A stretch of 64,000 bases of DNA from Picochlorum sp. SENEW3 (lineage: Eukaryota), in NCBI GenBank assembly GCA_034226945.1, contig CP120461.1, positions 1-64,000 of the forward strand. Reading direction: 5' to 3'. Positions 1 to 12,800 of this stretch are shown here, in pieces. The position numbers and the translations under genes are program-made. Below the pieces are notes generated by a model. The model was not told the DNA's origin. It searched no databases and saw only the letters and a list, made by a program, of their open reading frames with translations. Every line of letters begins with the position of its first letter. Positions within the stretch are counted from its first letter, which is position 1.

Positions 1-279
1 CTTCGTTCAGTTACGTATTGCTGCTTACGGTTCACTACTCACGACGATGTTTTTTGGTACCTTTTTTAAAAAAAATTCCAAAAAAATTCCAAAAAAAGCG
101 ACTACAAACTTCGTTCAGTTACGTATTGCTCCCTATACCCTATACCCTGTGCATACCGTCGTTCTTGGCAGGAGGGTAATGAGGGTAAATAAGCCAATAT
201 CAGCACCACTTCCCACCACACAAACGAAAAATAAACACAATTTCCTAATAATACAAAAATAAACCATCATAAAAACAAA

Positions 280-3195
280 AACATCCAAAAATCCAAAATA
301 AATCCAAAAAAAACAACCCCAAAAAGACCAAAATACCCTAACCAAAAAAAACACACACCAACCAAAACAACAATATATACAACATATGAAAGAAGAAGAA
401 TTATAATAAGAAGCACCCTTATATATACAGCAACAAGGACAAAAAAGACACGGCACACAACAAGATCTGCTCCTCCTACTACACCAAAAGAAACAGCAGA
501 CCAACAAAGACGACGCAAAGCAATCGAAAGAAAATAGCTCATAATACTCCTCATTGATAATGATAATGATAATGATAAGAACATACACAACAACAATCGA
601 CACGACCAAGCAACCAACAATAACAGGAACAGGACACAACAGAACCAAACACACAACAAGAGAAGAGAACAACCTGGAGAGAGATAGGATAGACTCACAG
701 ACAACATCTGAGAGATTGAGAGAGAGAGGTGTAATAGTAATAGTAGTAGTAGTATAATATATGAAAATAAATAAATAAATAAATAAAAGACATGAAATGA
801 AATGAGAAAGAACGAAAAAAGTATTGTCTTTGTTTCACAACAATAACAACAAGCACTACTAGAGTAACCAACCTCACACCAATGGTTTTGGAGTTTTTCA
901 GTATCTTATCATGCAAGGCACGCGTACGTACTTATGTACTTGAACGTCGACTTCTATCTGTGAATGACAGGAAATCACGACATCCCCGGTCAGACGTCCC
1001 TTAATACAATAAATCAACAACCATCCAGCATGCACCACCACTACTACTACTACTAAACAACACACAAACAAAGAAGCAAAGCAATCAAAAGAGAAGCAAG
1101 TAAATATCTCATAATAGTAGTAGTAGTAATGATAATAACATGCACAACAATCCACACGAGCAATAATACCAACCAATAATAACAGAGCAGAACAGAACAA
1201 AGCACACAAGTCTCATGCTCACAAGAAGAAGAACAACCTGGAGCTACCCTACACAGACAACAAGTGAGATAGAGAAAGAGTTATAATAATATCATCTCCT
1301 TCACAACAACAACAACAAGCAAGCTGTGGCAAGCACTAGAGTAATGTTGCTTGAATGCTGGAGGAAAGTATGACATTGTCTTACTTAGACTTCATGAGGA
1401 GTTGCAATTAGAATAGTAGGACATAACTGCGACGCTTCTTTGAATGAGGGAGATGTCGTCGTGTTTATGTTGCTGCCAAGAAAGCAGGCGAGTCACAGCT
1501 CTCCTCCTCGACCAGCTGGCTGTGTGTGTGCTCCACATCCACTCCCATCAAAATATGTCTTCGATGGAGAGAGCTGTGAATACCAAAAAAAATCACGATA
1601 TATCCTCGGTCAAACCTCTTGTGTGATGGGATGGGAAGAAGAATGAAAAACATGCCACAAAAAAACGACGAGTGTGCCCGAGCGGTCTCATGGTCATCCT
1701 TTTTTTTTGTCCTCATTTACGGACGAACACCACGTCCGAGGAGGAGACCGGAGCAGGGTTTCCATTTTTGGCATATTGATGTTTCCTATCAAATACACAT
1801 TTGATGGGATGAAGATACATGGGTAGATTGGTTAGATTGAAAGTTGATTACTTTCCCATCGAAGCATGATTGTGATAGGAGTATATGCCATCCTGAAGGG
1901 CCTGGCAAAGCTTGCTGAAGCTACAAAACTGGCTTTTGACTGGAGTTCACTCATGAATTCTGGGGAGAGTGCGGGCATATTTGTTGACCAACTGGCATAT
2001 TTCCAGGGCATATTTTCTGAAATCGGCATATCGAGCGGCATATTTGCCGAACCAAATATGCCTCGAAAGCTTGATCTGGCATATTTTTGAAGGAATATGC
2101 CAAAAATGGAAACCCTGGACCGGAGTTCATAACTTGGTCCTACTTTTTTATTGTGTTTGTTTACGGACATTCACCAGAGACCCGACTCTACGGGTCGCAT
2201 GCTAACGGTCTGGGGCTTTGTCGGACCGAAGGGTCGAGAACGAATAAAGAAGCATGTGGAGAGTTGTCCTCACAACACAAGTAGGAAAAGCCGTGTAGGA
2301 ACCAGTCCGAATAGGTCAGTATAAGGTGTCCCTTCCTATGATTGCTGTGCATACGCAACATACTGCGGCTGCGGCTATCTCTCGACTGTTCCAGACCAAG
2401 TTGACACCACCTTCCAGAGCCATGGCATCGCGTTGGCCCAGGCGGTGCCACGCACTGCCAAACAAACAGTGCCCCATAGTGATTCATATTGAATAAATGG
2501 ATAATTAAAACAGCATTCAGGAGTCCTCTCCGTCGTCACCGCGTCGGTTTCCACGCCAACCGACGGTCGTCCATTCCGATCGCGTCGCGACGGTTGGGAC
2601 CAGCACAGGCCTGGAGTCGTCCTCCACGGGCACGAAGGAGCATCATTCTTGCTTTAAAATTAGATATCAGTCGAAAGAACCGACGACTGACCACCACGGA
2701 GCACAACAGGGTTCCAACAACAACCGCCCCACGGGAATGTCATGTCAACACCAATTACAACGGTGCCAACAGGCCACGACCTCCTTCTCCCAGGTTTTCC
2801 ACCCTCTATCTTATGTATGCATATATATCTTTCAAGGAAACTGCTGCGCTTCCTCCAATCAAAGTCACACGGGTTGCTTTGCCCAGAGCTTGTTGCGAAT
2901 TCTGTTGTGAACATTGGTGGTGAATGCGACGCGAACTACTCCTCCTGATACTGGCGAATGGCGAAGCTCTTTACACGACTATTTCTTCTCACGAAGTCCA
3001 TATGAGATGCCTAAAGTCGGCAAACCACGGGTAAAAGCTCTCCAACCTTCGAGTCTGAGGCAACCACTGGTGGTTGATTCCTGGCCCACTGCAAAAAACA
3101 TGCGGTGACCAAGGTGGGTCCTCGACCCGTGAATGCGCCATCTGGCCCGTTACATAGGTTTTTTGGATACATATAAGACTTAGTAGCACCGCAGA
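280..3195. repeat. Diverged segmental duplication, copy A (pairs with ~4095-6170)
   Basis: Shared blocks: ~280-560 with ~4100-4460; ~1065-1720 with ~4915-5660; ~2545-2745 with ~5975-6165; ~3130-3195 with ~5720-5790. Confidence 0.8.
1754..2117. mobile_element. hAT-type non-autonomous element (MITE), 364 bp
   Basis: Perfect 24-bp TIR CAGGGTTTCCATTTTTGGCATATT (1754-1777 / 2094-2117), 8-bp TSD GACCGGAG (1746-1753, 2118-2125) and many internal GGCATAT motifs. Confidence 0.92.
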
Positions 3196-3217
3196 CACGA
3201 CGATAGAGTGCTGATGC

Positions 3218-4036
3218 GCCCACAATCGTGTACCAAGCGTTGGAAAAGTGGCCCCCAGGCACACCCCTCCCTAGACGGCCGGTCACGAGGAATCTGGGAA
3301 ATCCGAGAAATCTCTTTTTGAATTACATCCATATGAGGTGCCCCAAAGCGAGAAACCAAGGAGCACAGCTCTCACGTGCCCACAATCGTGTACCAAGCGT
3401 TGGAAAAGTGGCCTCCAGGCACACCCCTCCCTAACCGGCCGGTCACGAGGAATCTGGGAAATCCGAGAAATCTCTTTTTGAATTACATCCATATGAGGTG
3501 CCTCAAAGCGAGAAACCAAGGAGCACAGCTCTCACGTGCCCACAATCGTGTACCAAGCGTTGGAAAAGTGGCCTCCAGGAACACCCCTCCCTAGACGGCC
3601 GGTCACGAGGAATCTGGGAAATCCGAGAAATCTCTTTTTGAATTACATCCATATGAGGTGCCTCAAAGCGAGAAACCAAGGAGCACAGCTCTCACGTGCC
3701 CACAATCGTGTACCAAGCGTTGGAAAAGTGGCCTCCAGGCACACCCCTCCCTAACCGGCCGGTCACGAGGAATCTGGGAAATCCGAGAAATCTCTTTTTG
3801 AATTACATCCATATGAGGTGCCTCAAAGCGAGAAACCAAGGAGCACAGCTCTCACGTGCCCACAATCGTGTACCAAGCGTTGGAAAAGTGGCCTCCAGGA
3901 ACACCCCTCCCTAGACGGCCGGTCACGAGGAATCTGGGAAATCCGAGAAATCTCTTTTTGAATTACATCTATATGAGGTGCCTCAAAGCGAGAAACCAAG
4001 GAGCACAGCTCTCACGTGCCCACAATCGTGTACCAA
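3218..4036. repeat. 160-bp tandem repeat, ~5.1 near-identical copies
   Basis: Unit starting GCCCACAATCGTGTACCAAG recurs at 3218, 3378, 3538, 3698, 3858 and 4018 (partial). Confidence 0.97.
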
Positions 4037-4094
4037 AGATTACCAGTTTTGGCTGAAACCAAAAGTTTGAGGTTATGGACCCCCCTTTACTACC

Positions 4095-6170
4095 CAAAAA
4101 TAAGAAAATATCCAAAAAATCAAAAATAAAGCCAAGAAAAAACACCACCAACAAGACCAAAATACCCTAACCAAAAAAACACACCAACCAAAAAACATCC
4201 AAAAACAACACCAAAAGAACGAGAATATACAATACAATATCAAGAAGAAGAATAAGTAGTATAATAACCACCTATATATACAACAACAACAACGACAACA
4301 ACAAAAGACACGGCATACCACAAGCTCTGCTACTATTACTGCTCCTCCTCCTACTACTACTACTACAACAACAAGAGAAGACAACAACAACAACAGCAAC
4401 CAACACAAAAGAAGGAAGCAAAACCAAAATCAAAAGATACAAATCTCATAATAATCATAATGACACAACAACAATCTATACTATGCTATGCATGAATGAA
4501 AAGAATCTCTGTCCTTTTTCACAACAACAACAGCAACATCAACAGAAGGACACAATATTAAGTAAGTAAGTAAGAAGAAGAGTACCAATAATAATAATAA
4601 TACACACCCATCATTGAAAAAAACTCCCACAACCAGTGGTGCAAAACATCAAACAGGTCTGCTGCCACATGTCTGAAGAAGAAGAGGGAGCATCTCGGAA
4701 CAACAAGAATGGCGATCTTCCCATCACCCCTTGATTTGACTGGGACCACCACCAAAAATATACCAACCAAGCCAATACACAAAATAAAAAGGGTGTTGTA
4801 TAGTATAGTTTTAAAAAAAGCACTCATCAAAGTGTCGCACACCACGTGAAACAACTACTTCTCCTCTGACACCACAAGATCTGCTACTGCTACTACAATA
4901 CAAGAGAACACACCAACAAAGAAGCAAAGCAATCAAAAGTAGAAGAAAGTAAATATCTCATAATAGTCGTCGTCGTAATAATGATAATAACATGCACAAC
5001 AACAATCGACACGAGCAATAATACCACCCAATAATAACAGAACAGAACAAAGCACACAAGTCTCATGCACACAAGAAGAAGAACCAGGAGCTACCCTACA
5101 CAGACAACATACATATGAGATAGAGAGAGGTATAATAGTAGTAGTATATATAAAAAGAATAAATAGAAGACATGAAACAAGAATAAAATGAAAAGAAATC
5201 GTCGTCTTCACAACAACAACAACAAGCAAGCTGAGACAAACACCAGAGTAACATTGCAGCAGCTGCAATGCTGGAGCATCTCTCAATATCATCATCATGC
5301 GAGGCACGCGTACTTACTTACTTACATAGACTTCATGAGTTGCAATTAGGATAGTAATAGTAGTATAGAGCTGCGCAGCGTCTTTGAATGGGGAAGATCT
5401 CGTCGTGTTTTTACAGTACAGCAAAGAAAGACTGCTCATCAGCTCTCCTCCTGACTGCTGTGTGCTCCACATATCCAGACGCTCCCATCAGAAGGGGTCT
5501 TCCATCGGAGAAGGGAAACCAACATCGAAAAGAAACTACTACCACGGGTCAAAACTCCGTTGTGATGGGAGATGAAAAAAAGCACGCTGAGTGTGGCCGA
5601 GCGGTGAAAGCGTGTGGGCTCTCTGGCCCATGGTCGTCCTTTTTTATTGTCTTCATTTACGGACGGACACGCCTGGAAAAAAATTTGAAGAAGCCCGACC
5701 TCATCCATTGTCCCTGCTATATGAATGCACCATCTAGCACCTTGCATAGTTTCTTTGGATACATAGAAGACTTGGTAGTAGCACCGCAGATGTGACCCTA
5801 AACAGAAAACGCACTCAGCCACCTTCTTGCACACAACGCATCATGTGGCCTCGGTGATCTCACACCCTTGCCACTCACCGGCATAGTGCATAGCAGTATT
5901 GGTTGTTGGTATTGGATGATTGGACAAATATAACAATATTAAGGGCTATATTCATCGGCGCCGAGTCGAATGGATCTCACCAACCGACGTTGGTCCACTC
6001 CGATCGCGTCGCGACGGTTGGGACGAAGACGCCGAGAATCGTTCCTTTGTGGGCATAGGGGAGCGTCATTGTTGGTTTAAAATTAAATATTATTCAAAAG
6101 AGCGAATGGCCGACCACCACGGAGCACAACAGGGTTCCTACAACAACCGCCCCACGGGAATGTCAACATG
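4095..6170. repeat. Diverged segmental duplication, copy B
   Basis: Block-wise similarity to 280-3195 (see copy A). Confidence 0.8.
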
Positions 6171-6730
6171 ACAACAATGACAGTCACAACCATTCCGGAG
6201 CCGCGACGTTGAGGCCTCTTTCTTCTGATGACTGTGTTCTATCACAGTGTTGAAGACAAGTCACGAAAACAGACAAACCCAAAGTCGACGTGACTGTATG
6301 TTTGAGGGAGATTCGCGTCGTTGTCTCGAATGCGTGAGCACACTCCTCGCGTGGGTTGGTCTTCCTGAATCTGTGACAAATGATCTTACTGGCTTCTTGG
6401 ATGAATTTTGACTACTATATAGTATAGTAGCCCCGCAAATCCCACGTAGGTGGGGCAAGGCTCTCCGGGAGCCGCTCTCGTCTTGATGGCTGCTATCTGT
6501 TGTTGAGGCGGTTTTTATGTGGTCCTGTCCTGTCCTGTGGGCGACCGGAGAGGAGTCGTCCTGTCGCCAGATTACCTTCCGGAATAGAATACGATAAAAA
6601 AACCCCGACCAAAAGGTTATTTGCTGGTTACTTGCTGGATACTTGCCGGTTACTTTGTCGTGGTCATACATTTTTATTATCCTCATTTAAAGACGTCCAA
6701 GGTGCACATCACCTTCACCCCTCTGAAAAC

Positions 6731-7160
6731 CCATGCCAGAGACAATGTCCACTCTTCTAGCTTTGCACATATATTTGTATACTATAATTACGTCTATACA
6801 AAAGAGCGCAGGACTGGACATTGTCTTGGACACCACCAAACACGCCTCACAAGCTCCTTGATAGTGACCACCAGGGTGACCACTTCACCCCGCCGAATGA
6901 CCATGCCAGAGACAATGTCCACTCTTCTCGCTTTGCACATATATTACTATACTATAAATACATCTACACAAAAACGCGCAGGACTGGACATTGTCTTTGA
7001 CTCCCCCAAACACGCCCCACAAGCTTGCTGATAGTGACCACCATTGTGACACACTTCAGCTCCCTGAAAACCAACCTCAGAGACATTTGTTTTTTTCTCT
7101 AACTTCTCTCAGATACTATTTATACATATTTATATATCTGGGCAAACGAGCGGGACTGGA
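6731..7160. repeat. Diverged ~170-bp tandem repeat (2 clear copies plus 1 degenerate)
   Basis: CCATGCCAGAGACAATGTCCACTCTTCT at 6731 and 6901; GCAGGACTGGACA recurs with the same spacing. Confidence 0.85.
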
Positions 7161-7705
7161 CACGTTTTCGTCTGGTAGGTAGACCACTGCAAAGGATTTG
7201 ACTACTGACAGTCACCTTCTTTCAAGTGGGGGCGCCTTTTTCTCCATATGGCGCGCCCAATTTTGTGCCAGTTTTGGACCCCTCTGAAATGGACCCAAAA
7301 CAAAATATTTTTCAGTTCTGACTCGTGTTTGATGCTATTGAAAGGCAAATAAAACTTAATATGTGGAGAGACAGAGCATATCGTCAATAAATCCATACCC
7401 TACCGTGCTTGACACATGGATTTGGGCCATATAAATCAAAGGAATGTGTAGTAGTGGTGGTGTTCTTCTTCACACCCCCTCCACATCTACATATATTACA
7501 CACATGCAAGCGAGACAAAAGAATAAGACTGTGCTTGAAATGCATGGTATTGACTATAGATACATGGAATGCAGAAAACACTGATCGCCTGGTTCAGCCA
7601 CACCAAAGATGGTTGGAGGAGTGCAAGCTACAACACAGCCAAGCCAGTGCTGCTACTTCACCTCGGAATGAGATACTGCTGCATCATCAAATACATTATA
7701 TAAAG

Positions 7706-7743
<38 letters not shown>
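7706..7743. repeat. (TAC)n microsatellite
   Basis: About 12 perfect TAC units. Confidence 0.95.
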
Positions 7744-8435
7744 ATCAGTCTAGTAAAGAGACGCCGCTTGTGTGGCGAAAGCAAGGCAACGAGAAACAAA
7801 CAACAACTGGGCAACACAATGGTGTTGGTGGTGACCAAAGCAAACCAAAACAAAATGACACTCCAAATCAGCATGGGATCGACCTTGTCCACAACTCTAC
7901 TAAAAAACAGTCGTATTCTATTAAGGTAATCTGTCCAGAAAAACCACAACGACGTGACTTGTTGAGTTGAACTACCACAGATAATAAATAAAGATGGCCA
8001 TCCTCCACCCTGTTGTTGGCATTCATTTGGGGTCGTGAACCATGTCACAAAGCCTGATACGCCCCTTGTTGGGTCTATGTATGTAGTATTGTGACGGTAC
8101 GATGACGAGCAATGGTGGTTGGCAAAGAGTGGTGAAAACAACAAACAGAACAGCAAAGAACAATGGAGAGTGAAGCCGTTGACTGAATGGACTGTCATGT
8201 GCCTCATCGTCCGGTGCAAGCATTTGTTCGACCGGAGACTTGATGCGTACAAACGTTCCAAACGTTTCAAAAGTTTCGGATGGGTCAATATTTTTTATTG
8301 TTCATTTACAGATGTTCGGAAAAAGCCACGAATAGGAACGTTCCAGCTACGGTCAGATGGACCACAAAGTCACTACTTTGGTGGTATGACAACAGGTGGT
8401 CCTCCTTTACACATTTCTTTTTTGTATTTTGGATG

Positions 8436-9609
8436 TCACACCTGCTGTGCAGATTTTTCTTCACCAGCAAAACCCTCAATACCCGAGGTTGCGACCCCAA
8501 GCTCTTTCTTGACTTCCTCAATCATCATGATTCGCCTCTTGGCAGCAAGGCCACCAACAGGAAGTGTGGTATGTCGACTCCCCAAGGGTACAAATGGAGC
8601 CAGGGAGGTATACATCCACTTAAGAACGCCTTTAACAGATGACTTGTGCACCTCCCAGTCTTCGAGAGGATCGGTAAAGTCACGGGATCGCTTCCCCTCA
8701 AAATATTCCATGGGCTCCCGGAAGCCTCGACTGGTTCGGGGTGGCTCACAAATGCCCTCAGAATGCGTCCGGAACTCCCACGACCAAGCAACTTCGCTCA
8801 GAATGAAATTTCGAAAGTATCCAGAAACTGAAGGCCCACAATTGCATGCCAAATCATTTAAACTCGCAAGAGTGAGCTCGAAAACAAGACAATCTGTCTC
8901 AGCAATGGCATCGAATGCCGTGCCATCCTTCTCAAACCCTATGTATACACCGCAAACGTTCAGCAATCCAATGTCAAAGAAAGATCCACTATACATATGG
9001 CCGCTTATCGTCTCGCCTTGCTTTGTCCTATTGTATACTGCCTTTCCTTCAACCAACAGAACAGCCTGACAAATAGACTCCACTTTGTTCAGTATTGTTT
9101 CCCCTGCTTTGAATCTCTTCCATGTGCCCTTCTTCAACAGTTCTCTAACTTCCAAAGGCTGCATTCCACTGCGACGAAGCATGAAGGCATTCATTTGTCG
9201 CTCATCCTCGCTCCGAAAACGAATTGGCCTCTCATCCAGGACGAGCCTGACTATCGCCAGAGCATGGATAATCAGACCGACAGCGCTCCATGCAATGGTA
9301 TCCACCCCTATTTCCCCTGTAAATGTATAGTTTGGCCATATGGGGTACCCACACACTGCTTGCGCCATCAGCCAAATGTACGCCAGCGCCAAGAAAATTC
9401 GAATCAGCAAAACGTCGGCGAAAATGGCCGAGAGAGTAAAGCAGGCACTCGATGCCTGCACAAAAAAATGGAAAGTATCGGTTCTTTGTCACAGTAGCCC
9501 AGTATGCGTGAACGGTGTGTGCGTGAACGGTTTCCGACAGACGTCGAATGTGCTCGCCTCGATTGCGTACCTGGGACCAAGGGCCAGACGGTTGTAAGGT
9601 TGTCACCAT
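8436..9609 (-). CDS. Popeye-like membrane protein (N-terminal TM helices + cyclic-nucleotide-binding-like domain)
   Basis: Exon 1 MVTTLQPSGPWSQ, GT-AG intron 9570-9456, then about 3 hydrophobic segments ending ERPIRF and a cNMP-fold-like LLVEGKA...SFFD region resembling POPDC/BVES. Confidence 0.7.
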
Positions 9610-9865
9610 TGAGAACCCTACAAATACAAGATGTGTTGTTGTTTAACGCGCCGCTGTGGGAAATCCCAAAGCAGTACATGGCACCTACGGGCCACGTGAG
9701 TGCTTGCTGTTAAAACAGCCACTCATCACCATCGCGGTACAGGAACGACCGGCCATCGTGATGACGATCGTCCGGACTCTTGATCGATCAAGGATCGGAG
9801 CAATTAGCAAAAGGTGACTACACATACAAGGTAGGCCATTCAATTAAATTACGTACCTGTTCGAC

Positions 9866-12800
9866 ATGAATCGAGACGAGGATAGTCTCGTGCTGTACGT
9901 CAATGGCGTCAAGCGGGTATTGCCGAGAGGCCAAGGCCACGTCACCCTGCTAGAATTCTTGAGAGGTACGGACCTCATGCATACTGATAACTAGGGAAGA
10001 AAGATAACCTTTTCCCCAGTGTCACGTCCTGGTGGTAGCGGAGATTTGTATACAAAATGCCCACTACGTCCCACCGGGGCAGTCACCCCGGTCAGGGGTG
10101 ATTTTCGTTCACGTCGACGTCTTCACCCCATGCATGTATTCATTAATGTCGGTATATGTAGATAATTTGAGGCTGACCGGTGCAAAGTTGGGCTGCGGGG
10201 TCGGTGGGTGTGGATCGTGTACTGTCATGGTGTCGTGCGTGGACCCAAGAAGCAAGGAGATTGTGCATCGCGCAGTGACCGCCTGTATCTGCCCCTTATA
10301 CAGCGTTGAAGGAATGCATGTGGTGACTGTTGAGGGTATCGGGTCGACGATGAAGGGCTTGCACCCTTTGCAAAAGTCCCTGGCAAACTCTCACGGCACG
10401 CAGTGTGGATATTGCTCTCCTGGATTTATCATGTCCATTTATGCACTGCTGCGTTCAAAAGGAAGAGAGAAAGTGACAGAGGAAGATATCCGGCACGCTT
10501 TGGCTGGTAATTTATGGTACGTCGATGGAGTGACGAGGTATTCGAGGACAATCCTCATGTTGTGTTGTTGTTGTGCACATGTGTAGCCGTTGCACTGGGT
10601 ATCGGCCCATTGTTTCTTCTTTCTTGAGGTTCGCTGGAGCGTATGCAGATGATGTGCTGAATGGTTGTATTGAGGTTCCTGATGCGGTACTGCATGGCAG
10701 CGAGGAAAAGTCGATATGTCCCTCGACAGGCAAGCCCTGCTCCTGCTCACGTGACGGGTGTTCTCGAGGAGGGCCTAATTCCTCTATTCCCGCCATACAG
10801 GGTGAACCGATCTTTCCTCCGGCTCTTGTATCAAGGAAATCGTTGGAGTTTGAAGACCACGGGGCACAGGTGTCTTGGTATGCTCCAAAGACTGTCGATG
10901 GGGCTTTGCGTCTCATGTCAACCATTCCGGATGCCGTGCTTGTGTGTGGGCACACGTCTCGTGCAATTCGAAAGAAAAATACAGATGGATCAAAACAAAA
11001 TCTTGTTTCAATTTCTCAAATACCTGAACTTTTGTCCGTGTCCATTGGGGATGATTGTGTGACAATCGGAGCTGCAAATCCTGTCTCTGTTCTTTCAAGT
11101 GTATGCTCGAAGGTTATAGACTCAGATGCCCTTAAAGAGTGGCAGAAATCATTCATGAAATCTATTCAGAGTCAGCTGAAATGGTTTGCATCTCCAGCAA
11201 TACGCAATGGGGGTAGTATTGGAGGTAATATAACGGAAACCCGAGGGGTTTCAGATTTGGTGCCTCTTTTCATCGCCGCATGGGTGGAGTACAGGATTGT
11301 AGGACCTCGTTCTAGTGAACGTACTGTGAATGCCATCGATTTTTACCTCGGGGATGGCCAGATAGATTTGCAACCTGGAGAAATGTTGGTAGACATCACC
11401 ATACCATTCTCGAGACAATATGAGTATCTGGTAGAGTTCAAACAAGCTCAAAGGAGGGGCAATGCTTTTGCAATCGTCAATGCTGGTATCAGAGTATGGT
11501 TTACACACTCAGGTGAGTCCTGGATGATGAAAGAGGCATGTATTGCATACTGCGGGGCCTCTGCCAATGTCGTTGTTGCCAGGTCAACATCCGAGTTCAT
11601 GAGAGGCAAGGAGCTTTCCTCCGATTTGCTTGAAGATATCTTGGAGTGCGTGAAAAATGAGGTGCATATTCCTGACAATGCCATGGGTGGCATGGTGGAC
11701 TATAGAAGGGCTCTTGTGGTGTCCTTCCTCAAGAGGGGGTTGGCAAGGGTCAGCAACCTGCTGCAAGAGAATACCTTGTCGGCATCTCACAGATTTCGCA
11801 ATTCACTTGATCCTGATTTGACTCTGTGTGTGGACAGGCATAGGCTGGATGCAACCAAGGGTCTCCAATACTTTGATGAGAGCGGTGGTCCTGATGCTGC
11901 TGGGAAACCGTACCCTCACCAGTCGGCTGATTTGCATACCACTGGTGAAGCAATCTATGTAGCTGATATGCCTCTTCCTATTGATGCTCTGCATGCTTGG
12001 TTGGTTTTGTCCGAAAAGCCACATGCAAAGATCAAAAGCATCGATACTTCCCCTGCATTTGAAGTCCCTGGGGTAATTTCAGTTCATCTGGCGAGGGATA
12101 TTCCGGGCATCAACCTCGTTGGATGTATTGTTGTCAATGAGGAAATGTTTGCTTCTGACACAGTCTCTTGTGTGGGGCACATGCTCGGCGTGGTTGCTGC
12201 AGAGACTGTCGAGGCAGCCAAGAAGGGCGCCAAGGCCATCCAGATTGAGTACGAAGAATTGCCAGCGATTTTCAGCATCGAGGAGGCGATAGCACAAAAT
12301 TCAACCTTGGACTGTCCTGAATCCATGCTGAGCCATTACGAATGTGGGGATGTAGATGCAGCGTTTTCTGACCCTGATCTCATTGTGACTGAAGGCGAAT
12401 TTCGACTGGGAGGCCAGGAACACTTCTACATTGAACCTCACGGTCATTTGGTGATTCCAGGCGAGGAGGACAAGATTATTGTTCATGCGATGACTCAATG
12501 CCCAGAAACATGCCAAACTTCTATCGCTCGTCTGCTCAAGATTCCAAACCACAAAGTGGATGTGAAGGTTAAACGCATCGGTGGAGGGTTTGGTGGTAAG
12601 GAAACGCGGAGTAACTACTATGCAACGGCCGCAGCGATCGCTGCATATTTCTCCAGGCGCCCTGTGAGCATTCTATTGGACAGAGAAACTGATCTCCAGA
12701 TCACCGGAAAGCGACACCCGTTCCTCACTAAATACAAAGCAGCGTGTACACGTGATGGAAAAATAGTTGGTTGTGACGTCCAGTTGTTCTTGAATGGCGG

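Larger units (their letters stand above)
1..8300. repeat. Gene-free low-complexity, A/C-rich region, probably subtelomeric
   Basis: Strong A/C skew on + strand with (CAA)n, (TAG)n and (TAC)n runs. A 22-bp direct repeat CTTCGTTCAGTTACGTATTGCT lies at 1-22 and 109-130, followed by CCCTATA x2. No credible protein ORFs. Confidence 0.6.

Noticed and set aside
131..149. Telomere repeat array (CCCTATA x2)
   Set aside because: Only two degenerate units; no canonical CCCTAAA tract.
3218..4036. CRISPR array, or repeated 66-72 aa peptide genes
   Set aside because: Whole units are identical with no unique spacers, the context is eukaryotic, and the ORFs are by-products of the repeat.
47..8300. Hydrophobic and Cys/Tyr-rich ORFs in the first 8 kb
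   Set aside because: They are translations of microsatellite-rich, strand-skewed DNA, and frames are not conserved between duplicate blocks.
8119..9069. 316-aa plus-strand ORF
   Set aside because: Antisense shadow of the Popeye-like gene with no protein-like motifs.
9670..9860. GTAC copper-response elements in the divergent promoter
   Set aside because: A few 4-mers are not distinguishable from chance without expression data.
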